64,000 nucleotides of DNA from Pyrinomonadaceae bacterium (GCA_965217575.1 OZ244558.1:1915507-1979506), one strand, 5' to 3'; shown: positions 8,569-19,088, numbered from the stretch's first letter. Program-made: numbers and translations. Notes: generated from the letters alone by a model not told the origin.

Positions 8569-9804
8569 ATGAAAAACACACAGACATCTTATCCGCGCGG
8601 TAAAATTAAAATTTTGCTGCTCGAAAATATTTCCGATTCGGCGGTCGCCGAACTGCAAAACGGCGGCTACACCGAAATCAAAAGAATTTCCGGCGCGCTC
8701 AGTGAAGACGATTTAATCGAAGAAATCAAAGGCGTTCACATTGTCGGCATTCGCTCGAAAACGCAGATTACCGAGCGCGTTCTGGAAAACGCCGACAAAC
8801 TTTTGGCAATCGGCGCGTTTTGTATCGGCACGAACCAGATCAATTTGAAAAGCGCGACGCGGAAAGGAATCGCCGTTTTTAACGCGCCGTATTCCAACAC
8901 GCGCTCGGTCGCCGAACTCGTCATCGCGCTGTGCGTGATGCTGATTCGCAAAATTTCCGACAAAAACATCGCGGCGCATCGCGGAGTTTGGATGAAGGAC
9001 GCGAAAGGCGCGTTTGAACTGCGCGGCAAAACTTTGGGAATCGTCGGTTACGGCAACATCGGTTCGCAGATTTCGGTGATGGCGGAAGCACTTGGAATGC
9101 ACGTCGTATATTACGACGTTTTGACGAAACTGCCGCTCGGCAACGCCAGACAAATCCGCGATTTGCCGGAACTTTTAGCGCAGTCCGACATCGTGACGCT
9201 GCACGTTCCGTCGGACGCGACGACGCGCAATATGATTAACGAAGCGACGCTTTCGGCGATGAAAAACGGCGCGATTTTCCTGAATTATTCGCGCGGCGAT
9301 GTCGTAGATTTGGACGCGCTCAAAACTTTCATCGAAAAAGGCGCAATTTCCGGCGCGGCGATTGACGTTTTTCCCGAAGAGCCGGAAAAAAACGGCGACG
9401 AATTTACGACCGTTCTGCGTCATCTGCCGAATGTGATTTTAACCCCGCACATCGGCGGTTCGACTGAAGAAGCGCAGGCGAATATCGGTTTGGATGTGAC
9501 GGCGAAACTGATTAATTATCTCGAACTCGGCGCGTCGAACGGTTCGCACACCGTTCCGCAGGTCAGTCTGCCGCCGCAAACCGGCACGCACCGAATTCTG
9601 CATATTCATCAGAATATTCCCGGCGTTTTGTCGGAAATCAACTCGAAATTGTCGGCGAACGAAATCAATATTCTCGGACAATTTCTCAAAACAAACGAAG
9701 AAATCGGCTATGTCATTCTGGATATTGACACCGAACTTTCCGGCGAAGCGGTCGAGATTTTGAAAAAAGTCAAAGGCACGATCAAAACGCGAATGGTTTA
9801 TTGA
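8569..9804 (+). CDS. serA: D-3-phosphoglycerate dehydrogenase with C-terminal ACT domain
   Basis: 2-hydroxyacid dehydrogenase NAD motif GIVGYGNIGSQ, catalytic domain plus ~80-aa C-terminal ACT domain; start placed at ATG 8569 (ORF-track 5' extension from 8428 is not conserved and overlaps the repeat). Confidence 0.88.
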   Translation: MKNTQTSYPRGKIKILLLENISDSAVAELQNGGYTEIKRISGALSEDDLIEEIKGVHIVGIRSKTQITERVLENADKLLAIGAFCIGTNQINLKSATRKGIAVFNAPYSNTRSVAELVIALCVMLIRKISDKNIAAHRGVWMKDAKGAFELRGKTLGIVGYGNIGSQISVMAEALGMHVVYYDVLTKLPLGNARQIRDLPELLAQSDIVTLHVPSDATTRNMINEATLSAMKNGAIFLNYSRGDVVDLDALKTFIEKGAISGAAIDVFPEEPEKNGDEFTTVLRHLPNVILTPHIGGSTEEAQANIGLDVTAKLINYLELGASNGSHTVPQVSLPPQTGTHRILHIHQNIPGVLSEINSKLSANEINILGQFLKTNEEIGYVILDIDTELSGEAVEILKKVKGTIKTRMVY

Positions 9805-9810
9805 AGCGGC

Positions 9811-9850
9811 GGCAAATTCCAGATTTCGGATTCCAAATTAAAGAATTTCG
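9811..9850 (+). promoter_or_regulatory. AATTSCGS box + tandem ATTCCAA heptads (copy B), downstream of serA
   Basis: ggcaaattccagatttcggattccaaattaaagaatttc. Confidence 0.35.
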
Positions 9851-9909
9851 CTCTTTCAAAAGTTCGGAGTCAAATCATCACGGCGCGGCATCTGCATTTT
9901 AAGATTAAT

Positions 9910-10584
9910 ATGCGGCATTTAAAGATTATCGTGCGGTATTTTATTTTTTCGCTGATGTTTTTTTCGCTCGCCTGTCGTTCCGGTTTTCAGTCTTCGGAAA
10001 CGAAAAAGTCAGGTTCAATTTTTATTCCGACCGCCGAAAAGCCGAAAATTGTCGAAGTTCAATCCGGCGATATCAGAAAACTGCTCGAAAGCGCGAACGA
10101 ACAATTGAATTTAACCAAAAGCTACGATCCGAATTACACCGTCATCACTTATCCGAACGGCGACGTGCCGATTGAAAAAGGGGTTTGCACGGATGTCGTG
10201 ATCCGCGCTTTCCGCAATGCGGGCGTTGATCTGCAAAAGGAAGTTCACGAGGATATGACGGCGAATTTCGCGGCTTATCCGGCGAAGTGGAATTTGAAAT
10301 CACCCGACGCAAACATTGACCATCGCCGCGTCCCCAATTTACAGACGTTTTTTTCGCGGCGCGGAAAATCTTTACCGATTACGCAAAACAATGCGGATTA
10401 TCAGCCCGGCGATGTCGTCGCGTGGAATTTGGACGGCAAAGGAATGACGCACATCGGGTTAGTTTCGAATATTTGGAACGAAGACACGCGAAGATATTCG
10501 ATTATCCACAATATCGGCGGCGGCGTGGTTGAAGAAGATGCGGTTTTCAACTGGAAAATTGTTGGACATTACCGCTATTTTTAA
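9910..10584 (+). CDS. DUF1287 domain lipoprotein
   Basis: Signal peptide with Cys (LAC) then DUF1287-type sequence YDPNYTVITYPNGDVP...GVCTDVVIRAFRNAGVDLQ. Confidence 0.7.
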   Translation: MRHLKIIVRYFIFSLMFFSLACRSGFQSSETKKSGSIFIPTAEKPKIVEVQSGDIRKLLESANEQLNLTKSYDPNYTVITYPNGDVPIEKGVCTDVVIRAFRNAGVDLQKEVHEDMTANFAAYPAKWNLKSPDANIDHRRVPNLQTFFSRRGKSLPITQNNADYQPGDVVAWNLDGKGMTHIGLVSNIWNEDTRRYSIIHNIGGGVVEEDAVFNWKIVGHYRYF

Positions 10585-10637
10585 ATCACCGTTTTTTTCG
10601 TTTTCCCGTGTTATCGTGTAAAATTTTAAATATAAAG

Positions 10638-11642
10638 ATGAGTTTACCGACCGCCAAAATCTCTAATTTTCCAAAACCGCAGCCCGCGCCCGAACTGTCG
10701 CTTTTTCTGCCCGTCTTAAATGAAGAAGATAATCTGCGCCCGATGCACGCGAAAATTTCCGAAGCGTTGGACGCGCTCGGCAAAACGGCGGAAGTCATTT
10801 ACGTGGACGATGGTTCGACCGATCAATCGCTGCAAGTTCTGCGCGACATTGCGGCTGGTGACGAAAGAGTTCGCGTGATTTCGCTTAGAAGAAATTACGG
10901 ACAGACGGCGGCGATGAGCGCGGGAATTGATGCGGCGCGCGGTAAGATTTTGATTCCGATGGACGCGGATTTGCAAAACGATCCGAAGGATATTGCGCGG
11001 CTTTTGGACAAATTAAACGAAGGTTACGATGTCGTTTCCGGCTGGCGCAAAGACCGTAAAGACGCGCTTGTGCTGCGAAAAATCCCGTCGTGGATCGCCA
11101 ATTCGGTGATTTCAAAAATCGGCGGCGTGCCGCTGCACGATTACGGATGTTCGTTAAAAGCCTATCGCCGCGAAGTAATTCAGGATGTCAAACTCTACGG
11201 CGAGATGCACCGTTTCATCCCGATTTACGCGGCGTGGGCGGGCGCGCGCGTGACGGAAATTCCGGTTGACCACCACGCCCGCACGTTTGGCAAATCGAAA
11301 TACGGAATTTCGCGGACGATCAAAGTCGTCTTTGATTTAATGACGATCAAATTTATGGCTTCGTATCAAACGAAACCGATTTATGTTTTCGGCACGTTCG
11401 GTTTGGTCGCCTTTCTGCTTTCGATGTTCGCCGGATTGTGGGCGTTCTACCTGAAATTTATCAGCGGCGTTTCGTTTATTTTAACGCCGCTGCCCGTGAT
11501 TGCGATTGTGCTGCTGGCGATTTCAATGCAGTTTTTTCTGATGGGACTGCTTGCCGAAATGCTCGTCAGAACTTACCACGAATCGCAGGACAAAGCGATT
11601 TACGCGGTGCGCGAGAAGATTGGGTTTGATAAAATAGTATGA
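10638..11642 (+). CDS. GT2 family polyprenyl-phosphate glycosyltransferase (ArnC/GtrB/DPM1-like)
   Basis: GT-A fold motifs VDDGSTD, DAD, two C-terminal TM helices typical of GtrB-like enzymes; start chosen at ATG 10638. Confidence 0.8.
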   Translation: MSLPTAKISNFPKPQPAPELSLFLPVLNEEDNLRPMHAKISEALDALGKTAEVIYVDDGSTDQSLQVLRDIAAGDERVRVISLRRNYGQTAAMSAGIDAARGKILIPMDADLQNDPKDIARLLDKLNEGYDVVSGWRKDRKDALVLRKIPSWIANSVISKIGGVPLHDYGCSLKAYRREVIQDVKLYGEMHRFIPIYAAWAGARVTEIPVDHHARTFGKSKYGISRTIKVVFDLMTIKFMASYQTKPIYVFGTFGLVAFLLSMFAGLWAFYLKFISGVSFILTPLPVIAIVLLAISMQFFLMGLLAEMLVRTYHESQDKAIYAVREKIGFDKIV

Positions 11643-13300
11643 TGCCGACGGAAAAAATTAGTTTTCAGGAACTTGTTGATGAAATCAGCGAGCTGGTTCA
11701 ATTCGTTGATTCTGACGGAAAATTTTCATATACGAACAAGGCTTGGCGCGAAATGCTCGGTTATGAAGAGGAAGAAATTTCCCGTCTGAATGTTTTGGAC
11801 ATAATTCATCCTGACAGCCGCGAAGAATTTGCGAAGATTTTCCGGCGCGTTTTGGACGGCGAGAAACCGACTGCGTTTGAAGTGAAATTTATCGCCAAAG
11901 ATAAACACGCTTTTATTGTTGAATGCAGTAGTTTTACCAGCCTTAAAAACGGAGATACAGTTTCGACGCACAGCATTTTTCGGAACATCACCAAGCGCAA
12001 AAACACTGAACAAGCACTGCGCGAAAGTCGGAAAATGTTTCGGGCTTTTATGAGCAACAGTCCGGCGGCAGCATTTATGAAAGATGCCGACGGTCGTTAT
12101 GTCTATGCCAACAAAACTCTTTTGAAAATGTTTCAAATGACGGACTACAAAGAAAAATCCGTGACCGCACGCGACATTACCGACAGCGAATCCGCCGCTC
12201 AAGCCGACGAAAAATTTAAGGCGGTTCTCAATTCTTGGGAAACTTTGCAGACGATTGATACAGTAACCGCGCCCGATGGATCAACACGCCATTTATTGGT
12301 CGTCAGATTTCCATTTACCAAACCGGACGGTCAGAAATTCGTCGGCGGTTTTGCTTTCGATATTACCGAACGCGTTGAAATCGAGCAGCAACTGCGGCAG
12401 AGCGAAGAACATTATCGGCACTTTGTCGAAAACAGTCAAGGTTTCGTCTGTTCTCACGACCGCGACGGCAAATTATTGTCGGTTAATCCGGCAGTCGAAA
12501 AATCTCTCGGTTACGACAAAGACGAAATCGTCGGTAAAAATTTTCGTGATTTTATTGATCCGGCTTTTCACGAAGAACTGAAAAAACATCTCAAACTCGT
12601 TTGGGAAAAATCCGCCGACCAGGGTTTTTTGCCGATTATGTCCAAAGACGGAGAAAAACATATCTGGAAATTTCAAAATATTAAAATCACGCAAATCGGT
12701 GATGAACCTTTTATTTTAGGTTACGCGCAGGACGTAACCGAGATGAAGGAAACCGAAAATCAATTGCGCGAACTGTCTTTCAATGACGACTTAACCGGAC
12801 TACTCAATCGGCGCGGTTTTCTCATTTCCGCCGAAAGACAATTAAAAATTATTCGTGAGCGCAAATCAAAGAAAAAAAATTATCTGATTTTTGCCGATAT
12901 GGATGGTTTGAAACAGATAAACGACCGTTTCGGACACGCCAGCGGTTCGCTGGCAATCGTCAAAATGAGTGAAATTTTAGCGGGCAATTTTCGCGGTTCG
13001 GACGTTATCGCGCGTCTGGGCGGCGACGAATTTGTCGTGCTGGTGACCGAAGCCGACGATGCCAGCGCGAAGATAGTTTTAGATCGTTTGCAGCGCAAAA
13101 TCGTCGAATATAACGAACAAAAACATCATTCGTTCGATTTAGCGTTGAGCGTCGGCATCACCAATGTGCGTTTTGATCAATCCGAATCGCTCGACAAAAT
13201 TCTCGCCGAAGCCGACCACGCGATGTATGAACAAAAACAACAGAGAAAACTGGCGGCAGCAAAAACGCCGGACGAAATTATTTCACCAAATGCGAAATAG
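11639..13300 (+). CDS. PAS/PAC-sensor diguanylate cyclase (GGDEF)
   Basis: Three PAS-like segments then GGDEF domain with RxGGDEF (RLGGDEFVVLV) and I-site-like region; start overlaps GT2 stop (ATGA). Confidence 0.85.
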   Translation: MMPTEKISFQELVDEISELVQFVDSDGKFSYTNKAWREMLGYEEEEISRLNVLDIIHPDSREEFAKIFRRVLDGEKPTAFEVKFIAKDKHAFIVECSSFTSLKNGDTVSTHSIFRNITKRKNTEQALRESRKMFRAFMSNSPAAAFMKDADGRYVYANKTLLKMFQMTDYKEKSVTARDITDSESAAQADEKFKAVLNSWETLQTIDTVTAPDGSTRHLLVVRFPFTKPDGQKFVGGFAFDITERVEIEQQLRQSEEHYRHFVENSQGFVCSHDRDGKLLSVNPAVEKSLGYDKDEIVGKNFRDFIDPAFHEELKKHLKLVWEKSADQGFLPIMSKDGEKHIWKFQNIKITQIGDEPFILGYAQDVTEMKETENQLRELSFNDDLTGLLNRRGFLISAERQLKIIRERKSKKKNYLIFADMDGLKQINDRFGHASGSLAIVKMSEILAGNFRGSDVIARLGGDEFVVLVTEADDASAKIVLDRLQRKIVEYNEQKHHSFDLALSVGITNVRFDQSESLDKILAEADHAMYEQKQQRKLAAAKTPDEIISPNAK

Positions 13301-13354
13301 TTAATCTCGGAAATATGAGCATCGGGCAATTTGAGTTTTGACTGTGTAATTTAT

Positions 13355-15268
13355 ATGTGCGGAATCGCCGGTTGGATAAATTTAGAAAATAAATCTTCGC
13401 ATAATAGTGAAGCCGTTCTGCATTCGATGTGCGAACGGATGAAACATCGCGGACCCGATTCGGAAGGTTTGTGGCTTGAAAATCAAGTCGCGCTCGGAAT
13501 GCGGCGGCTTTCGATTATTGACCTTCATACAGGCGAACAGCCGGTTTATTCGGAAGATAAATCAATCGTCGTCGTGATGAACGGCGAACTTTATAATTTC
13601 CGCGAAGTTCGCGCCGATTTGGAAAAGCGCGGACACAAATTTGAAACGCAGACCGACACGGAAATTTTGCCGCATCTTTACGAAGAATACGGCGACGCGA
13701 TGCTCGAACAGATCAACGGAATGTTTGCCTTCGCGCTGTGGGACAAAAACAAAAAGAAATTGCTCATCGCCCGCGACAGGTTTGGCGAAAAACCGCTTTA
13801 TTACGGCGTGTTTGATAATCAACTGATTTTCGCTTCCGAGCCGAAAGTTTTGCTGGCAAATCCGTCGGTCAAAGCGGAAATAAATTTGGATGCTTTGCGT
13901 TCATATCTTTCGTTTGATTACGTTCCCGCGCCGCATTCGATTTACAAAGGCATTTCAAAACTTCCCGCCGCGCATTTTTTGACGGTCGAAAAAGGCGAAA
14001 TCAAAACGCGCCGTTATTGGAATCTTTCGTGGGAAAAGAAGCAGACAAAATCGCTCGCAAATTGCGCCGAAGAACTGCGCGAACTGCTCGCCGATGCGGT
14101 TAGAATGCGGCTTGTTTCCGACGTTCCGCTCGGAATTCTTTTGAGCGGCGGAGTTGATTCTTCGACGGTCGCCGCTTTTGCGACGCAGTTTTCGACTGAA
14201 AAAGTTAAGACATTTTCCATCGGTTTTGAAGAAGATTCTTTTGATGAATCGAAATACGCGCGGCAGGTTGCGACGCATTTGAAAACCGAACATTATGAAG
14301 ACAAATTGAGCGTTGAACGCGCGGCGGATTTGATCTCGGAAATCGGTCAGTGGCTTGATGAACCGATTTCCGACGGTTCTCTGATCCCGACTTTTCTGCT
14401 GTCGCGTTTCGTTAGAAAATACGTGACGGTCGCGCTCGGCGGCGACGGCGGCGATGAGATTTTTGCCGGTTATCCGATGTATTTCGCGCATAAAGTTTCC
14501 GATATTTACAACGGAATTCCGCAGTTTTTGAGAAGCGGGTTGATCGAGCCGGTTGTCAATAATCTGCCGGTTTCAAGCAAAAATTTGTCGTTCGATTACA
14601 AAGCGAAGCGATTTGTTCGCGCTTCAAAATACGATTTGGTCACGCGTCATCATTCTTTTTTCGGCTCGTTTTCGCTGGGCGAACAGCAAAATGTTTTGTC
14701 GAAAGACGTTTTGGCGCAGACTTCAAATCATATTTACAAAGACGCGAAAGATTTGTTGGAAATTTGCGACGCGGCGAACGAAATCGAGCAAATGCAGTTT
14801 CTCGACATAAATTTTTATCTGGCGGAAGATATTTTAACAAAGGTTGACCGCGCTTCAATGGCGGTTTCTTTGGAAGTGCGCGCGCCGTTTCTTGATCCGC
14901 GCGTTGCCGAATTTGCCGCTTCAATTCCGCTTGAATATAAACTCAAAGGCAGTAAAGGCAAATATGTTTTGAAAAAAGCGATGGAAAATATGCTGCCGAA
15001 AAACATTTTGCACCGCCCGAAAAAAGGTTTCGGCATTCCGATTGCCGAATGGCTGAAAGGTCGCCTTAATCCGCTGATGCGCGATTTGCTCGCGCCGGAC
15101 AAGTTGAAAAATCAGGGTTTATTTGATGAAAATTTCGTGCAGAAATTGATAAGGGAACACGAAACGAATAAGGCTTCGCATCATAAACAGCTTTGGACGC
15201 TGCTTGTTTTCCAGCTTTGGTACGACAATTTTCTTTCCGTTTCAAAATCCTCTAAAATCAAAATGTAA
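13355..15268 (+). CDS. asnB: asparagine synthetase (glutamine-hydrolysing), long AsnB-like amidotransferase
   Basis: N-terminal MCGIAG Ntn-glutaminase start, SGGVDSS PP-loop; 637 aa, longer than canonical AsnB as in polysaccharide/exosortase-associated amidotransferases. Confidence 0.85.
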   Translation: MCGIAGWINLENKSSHNSEAVLHSMCERMKHRGPDSEGLWLENQVALGMRRLSIIDLHTGEQPVYSEDKSIVVVMNGELYNFREVRADLEKRGHKFETQTDTEILPHLYEEYGDAMLEQINGMFAFALWDKNKKKLLIARDRFGEKPLYYGVFDNQLIFASEPKVLLANPSVKAEINLDALRSYLSFDYVPAPHSIYKGISKLPAAHFLTVEKGEIKTRRYWNLSWEKKQTKSLANCAEELRELLADAVRMRLVSDVPLGILLSGGVDSSTVAAFATQFSTEKVKTFSIGFEEDSFDESKYARQVATHLKTEHYEDKLSVERAADLISEIGQWLDEPISDGSLIPTFLLSRFVRKYVTVALGGDGGDEIFAGYPMYFAHKVSDIYNGIPQFLRSGLIEPVVNNLPVSSKNLSFDYKAKRFVRASKYDLVTRHHSFFGSFSLGEQQNVLSKDVLAQTSNHIYKDAKDLLEICDAANEIEQMQFLDINFYLAEDILTKVDRASMAVSLEVRAPFLDPRVAEFAASIPLEYKLKGSKGKYVLKKAMENMLPKNILHRPKKGFGIPIAEWLKGRLNPLMRDLLAPDKLKNQGLFDENFVQKLIREHETNKASHHKQLWTLLVFQLWYDNFLSVSKSSKIKM

Positions 15269-15298
15269 ATCCAAAAAATAAAAATCGAGGTCAAAAAA

Positions 15299-17809
15299 TT
15301 GAATACTGATTGTCCGAAATCGAAAACGAATTTGTTTCTTTCAAATCTCGCCCGCGTGTTGATAACGCTTTTGTTTCTAACGCTTTCGGCACAAGCCGAA
15401 TGGAAAACTTTCGGCAGCGTAACGCGAATTTCGGAAACCAAACCGAACGGCGTAGTTTTGGAAACTTCGAGCCGCGCGAAAGTGGAAATTTCATTTTTCG
15501 ACCAAACGGTCGTGCGGGTTCGCGCCGCGCCGAATGGAACATTTGAACGCGATTTTTCTTATGCGTTTGACTATTCGACTGACCGCAAATATCCGAAAAT
15601 AAAAGTTTTACAGCAAGCGGATGAAATAATTTTGACCAACGATTTCGGCGCGAAAGTCTCGATTAAAAAATCGCCGCTGCTGATAAAAATTTACAACGAC
15701 ACCGGCGAAGTGGTTTGCGAGGACGACGCGAAACACTTGGCGATGTTTGACGACGAAACGGGCGAGGTAAAAGCGACGAAGCTGCGCCGCAGCGAAGTTG
15801 AAACTTATTACGGTTTCGGTGAAAAAGCGTTTGCCGGAATGTCGCGCAACGGCGAATATATTGCCAACTGGAACAGCGACACGTTTGCTTATCCGGTCGG
15901 TTTAGACCCGATTTATCAGACTATTCCGTTTTTTTACGCGCTTAACGACGGAAAATCTTACGGTTTATTTTTCAACAATACTTTTCGTTCGTATTTCGAT
16001 ATGGGCAAAACTTCGCCCGAACGCTATTCGTTCGGCGCGGAAGGCGGCGAACTTGATTATTTTGTTTTTACGGGCGGCGGCGAGAGTTCGCCCAAAAAGG
16101 TTTTGGAAGACTACGCGAATTTGACGGGCAAAATGCCGCTGCCGCCGATTTGGGCGTTAGGCAACCAGCAGTCGCGCTGGTCGTATTATCCCGAATCGCG
16201 CGTCCGCGAAATCGCTAACGGCTTTCGTTCCCGCAAGATACCCGCCGACGTGATTTATCTCGACATTGATTATATGGACAAATATCGCGTTTTTACCTGG
16301 GACAAAGAACGCTTTCCGAATCCGTCGAAAATGATTTCCGATTTGAAGGCGGACGGTTTTCAGACGGTTTTGATTATTGATCCGGGAATCAAAGTTGACC
16401 CGAATTTTTCGGTTTTTAACGACGGCAAACAACAAAACATCTTCGTCAAAAATCCCGATGGAACGCCGCTCATTCGTAATGTTTGGGCGGGCGCGTCAAC
16501 GTTCCCGGATTTTACCGACAGACGCGCGAGGGCGTGGTTCGGCGAACAATACAAGAAAAATCTCGACGAAGGCGTTGCCGGATTTTGGAACGATATGAAC
16601 GAACCGGCGACGTTTTTGACGGATAAATCCGAAAAACCGGACACTTATCATCATCCGGGGAAAACTTTCCCGCTCGACACCCCGCAGGCGGGCGACGGTT
16701 TTCCCGCCACGCACCGGCGTTATCACAATGTTTACGGGATGCAGATGGCGCGTTCGACATTTGAAGGATTAAAAAAACTCGCGCCTGAAAAACGTCCGTT
16801 TGTGCTGACGCGCGCCGGTTTTGCAGGTGTGCAGAGATTTTCCGCCGTTTGGACGGGCGATAATGTGGCGAGTTGGGATCATCTCGCGCTTTCGATTCCA
16901 ATGCTGGCGAATTTAAGCGTTTCGGGCGTTCCGTTCGTCGGCGCGGATGTCGGCGGATTTGCCGAAACGCCGAGCGGCGAACTTTACGCCCGCTGGCTGC
17001 AAGCCGCCGCGCTGACACCGTTTCTGCGCTCGCATTCGGAAACCGGACAGCCGAACAAAGAACCCTGGGAATACGGCGAGGAATTTACTAAAATCAACCG
17101 CGCGACGATTGAACTGCGCTACCAATTTTTGCCCTATCTTTACACGCTTTTCCGCGAACACGAACAAACCGGACAGCCCGTAATGCGTCCGCTCTGGTAT
17201 GAATTTCCGAATGATAAGGGAACTTATCTGGTCAATGACGAATATCTCGTCGGCAGAGACGTTTTAGTCGCGCCGGTCGTTAAAGAAGGCGTAAAAACGC
17301 GCGGGATTTATCTGCCCGTCGGCGCGGATTGGATTGATTGGTGGACGGGCGAACGGCTCGAAAGCGGAAAAACTCACTATTTGCCAACGCCGATTGACCG
17401 GCTGCCGATTTTCGTGCGCGTCGGGGCGGTGATTCCGACTCAGCCGACGATTCAATACACGGGCGAAATGCCGCAAGTTGATTTGACTTTGAATGTCGTT
17501 ACCGGAAACGCGCCCGATAAAATCGAGAGAAGCGAAGTTTTCCAGGATTCCGGCGAAGGTTACGGCTATCGAAAAAATGATTTCCGCGAGATTAAAACCG
17601 CATATCAAAATGGAGTTTTACGGCTCAGTCGCGCCGGAAATTTTAGCGGACAGAAAATAAAATATATCGAAGCAATCGGAATTGCCGCCAAACCGAAAGA
17701 AGTTCGGGTTGACGGCAAAACGGTTGAAAACGCGCAGTTTGATGCCGCGCGAAAAAGACTGAAAATCGAAATCGGCGAAAACGCCAAAGAAATTACAATT
17801 TTACCTTGA
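15299..17809 (+). CDS. GH31 family alpha-glucosidase, secreted
   Basis: Signal peptide; GH31 catalytic nucleophile motif GFWNDMNEP; TTG start. Confidence 0.85.
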   Translation: MNTDCPKSKTNLFLSNLARVLITLLFLTLSAQAEWKTFGSVTRISETKPNGVVLETSSRAKVEISFFDQTVVRVRAAPNGTFERDFSYAFDYSTDRKYPKIKVLQQADEIILTNDFGAKVSIKKSPLLIKIYNDTGEVVCEDDAKHLAMFDDETGEVKATKLRRSEVETYYGFGEKAFAGMSRNGEYIANWNSDTFAYPVGLDPIYQTIPFFYALNDGKSYGLFFNNTFRSYFDMGKTSPERYSFGAEGGELDYFVFTGGGESSPKKVLEDYANLTGKMPLPPIWALGNQQSRWSYYPESRVREIANGFRSRKIPADVIYLDIDYMDKYRVFTWDKERFPNPSKMISDLKADGFQTVLIIDPGIKVDPNFSVFNDGKQQNIFVKNPDGTPLIRNVWAGASTFPDFTDRRARAWFGEQYKKNLDEGVAGFWNDMNEPATFLTDKSEKPDTYHHPGKTFPLDTPQAGDGFPATHRRYHNVYGMQMARSTFEGLKKLAPEKRPFVLTRAGFAGVQRFSAVWTGDNVASWDHLALSIPMLANLSVSGVPFVGADVGGFAETPSGELYARWLQAAALTPFLRSHSETGQPNKEPWEYGEEFTKINRATIELRYQFLPYLYTLFREHEQTGQPVMRPLWYEFPNDKGTYLVNDEYLVGRDVLVAPVVKEGVKTRGIYLPVGADWIDWWTGERLESGKTHYLPTPIDRLPIFVRVGAVIPTQPTIQYTGEMPQVDLTLNVVTGNAPDKIERSEVFQDSGEGYGYRKNDFREIKTAYQNGVLRLSRAGNFSGQKIKYIEAIGIAAKPKEVRVDGKTVENAQFDAARKRLKIEIGENAKEITILP

Positions 17810-17861
17810 ATATGTCGTAAATTTTAGTTTGGCGATTTCCACCAGTCGCGCCGCAAAAACT

Positions 17862-18944
17862 TTACTGTTCCGGTCGCTGATTAGGCGGAACGTCTTTATA
17901 AACCTCGTCGTAAGTCGCCCAGCCGTCTTTGATAACCGTCGTCATTAAATTATCTTTGTTGACGACCACCGGCTCAAACAAAACCGCCGGAACTTCTTTG
18001 GTCATCGTGTCGGATTTAATTTTATCCTGCGCGCCGGTCGGTTCGCCTTTCGCCAGCTTAACCGCCAGTTCGACCGCGCCGTAAGCGAGCGGCTGAATCG
18101 GTTTGTAAACCGTCATTGACTGCGTTCCTTTGGCGATGCGCTGCAAAGCGGCGAGTTCCGCGTCCTGTCCGGTGACGACGACTTTTCCGGCTAAACCCTG
18201 CGCCGTCAACGCCTGAATCGCGCCGCCCGCCGTCCCGTCGTTGGAGGCAACGACCGCGACGACGTTGTTTTTATTCTGCGTCAGCGCGTTTTCGACGTTT
18301 TTCAACGCTTCTTCCGGTTTCCAGTCGGTCGTGAAATTGTCGGCGACAATTTTTATCGCGCCGCTGTCAATTGCCGGTTTTAAAACGTCGAGCTGCGCTT
18401 TTTTCATAATGACGGCGTTGTTATCGGTTGACGCGCCGTAAACCATTATGTAATTGCCTTTCGGCGCGTTTTTCAGTGCGTATTCCGCCTGCATTTTCCC
18501 GATCAGCGGCACTTGATGAGAAACGTACAAATCAATATTGTCTGAATTTATCAGCCGGTCATAACTAATCACCGGAATATTCTGCGCCTTGGCTTTCTGC
18601 ACCATCGAAGCCGCCTGCGTCGCATCGTGCGGCGCGATGACCAGCACGTCAACGCCCTGCGTCAGCAGGTTGTCAACGTCGTTCGCCTGTTTGTCGGCTT
18701 TGTTGTCGGCGACCGTAATCAGACATTCCACGCCGAGTTCCTGACAATGTTTTTCAAACAAATCGTGATCGCGTTTCCAACGCTCTTCCTTGAGCGTGTC
18801 CATCGCAAAACCGATTTTAATTTTGCGGTTCGGGTCTTTGTTCGCCGATGTGGTTTGTGTCTGTTCATTCGGCGCGCTGACGCAGGCTGAAATAAAAATC
18901 ACTGCTAAAATTACCAAACAAAACAGTTTAATACTGTATTTCAT
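17862..18944 (-). CDS. periplasmic sugar-binding lipoprotein (XylF/RbsB-like, PBP type 1), orphan
   Basis: Lipobox FISAC, PBP1 fold similarity to D-xylose-binding protein; no permease/ATPase genes in window. Confidence 0.75.
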   Translation of the reverse strand: MKYSIKLFCLVILAVIFISACVSAPNEQTQTTSANKDPNRKIKIGFAMDTLKEERWKRDHDLFEKHCQELGVECLITVADNKADKQANDVDNLLTQGVDVLVIAPHDATQAASMVQKAKAQNIPVISYDRLINSDNIDLYVSHQVPLIGKMQAEYALKNAPKGNYIMVYGASTDNNAVIMKKAQLDVLKPAIDSGAIKIVADNFTTDWKPEEALKNVENALTQNKNNVVAVVASNDGTAGGAIQALTAQGLAGKVVVTGQDAELAALQRIAKGTQSMTVYKPIQPLAYGAVELAVKLAKGEPTGAQDKIKSDTMTKEVPAVLFEPVVVNKDNLMTTVIKDGWATYDEVYKDVPPNQRPEQ

Positions 18945-19032
18945 TAAATTTGCTCCTCTTTGAAGTTGTGTTTTGCGATATTCGATTTGATAAATATGAC
19001 TTAACTTTTTATGCAAATCGTTGAAACCTCAC

Positions 19033-19075
19033 AATTCCGCCAGTTTGGAATGTGGAATTTGAAATTTGAAATCGT
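19033..19075 (-). promoter_or_regulatory. AATTSCGS box + tandem heptads (copy C, inverted), promoter of sugar-binding protein gene
   Basis: reverse complement reads atttcaaatttcaaattccacattccaaactggcggaattg. Confidence 0.35.
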
Positions 19076-19088
19076 ATCAATTCTATTT

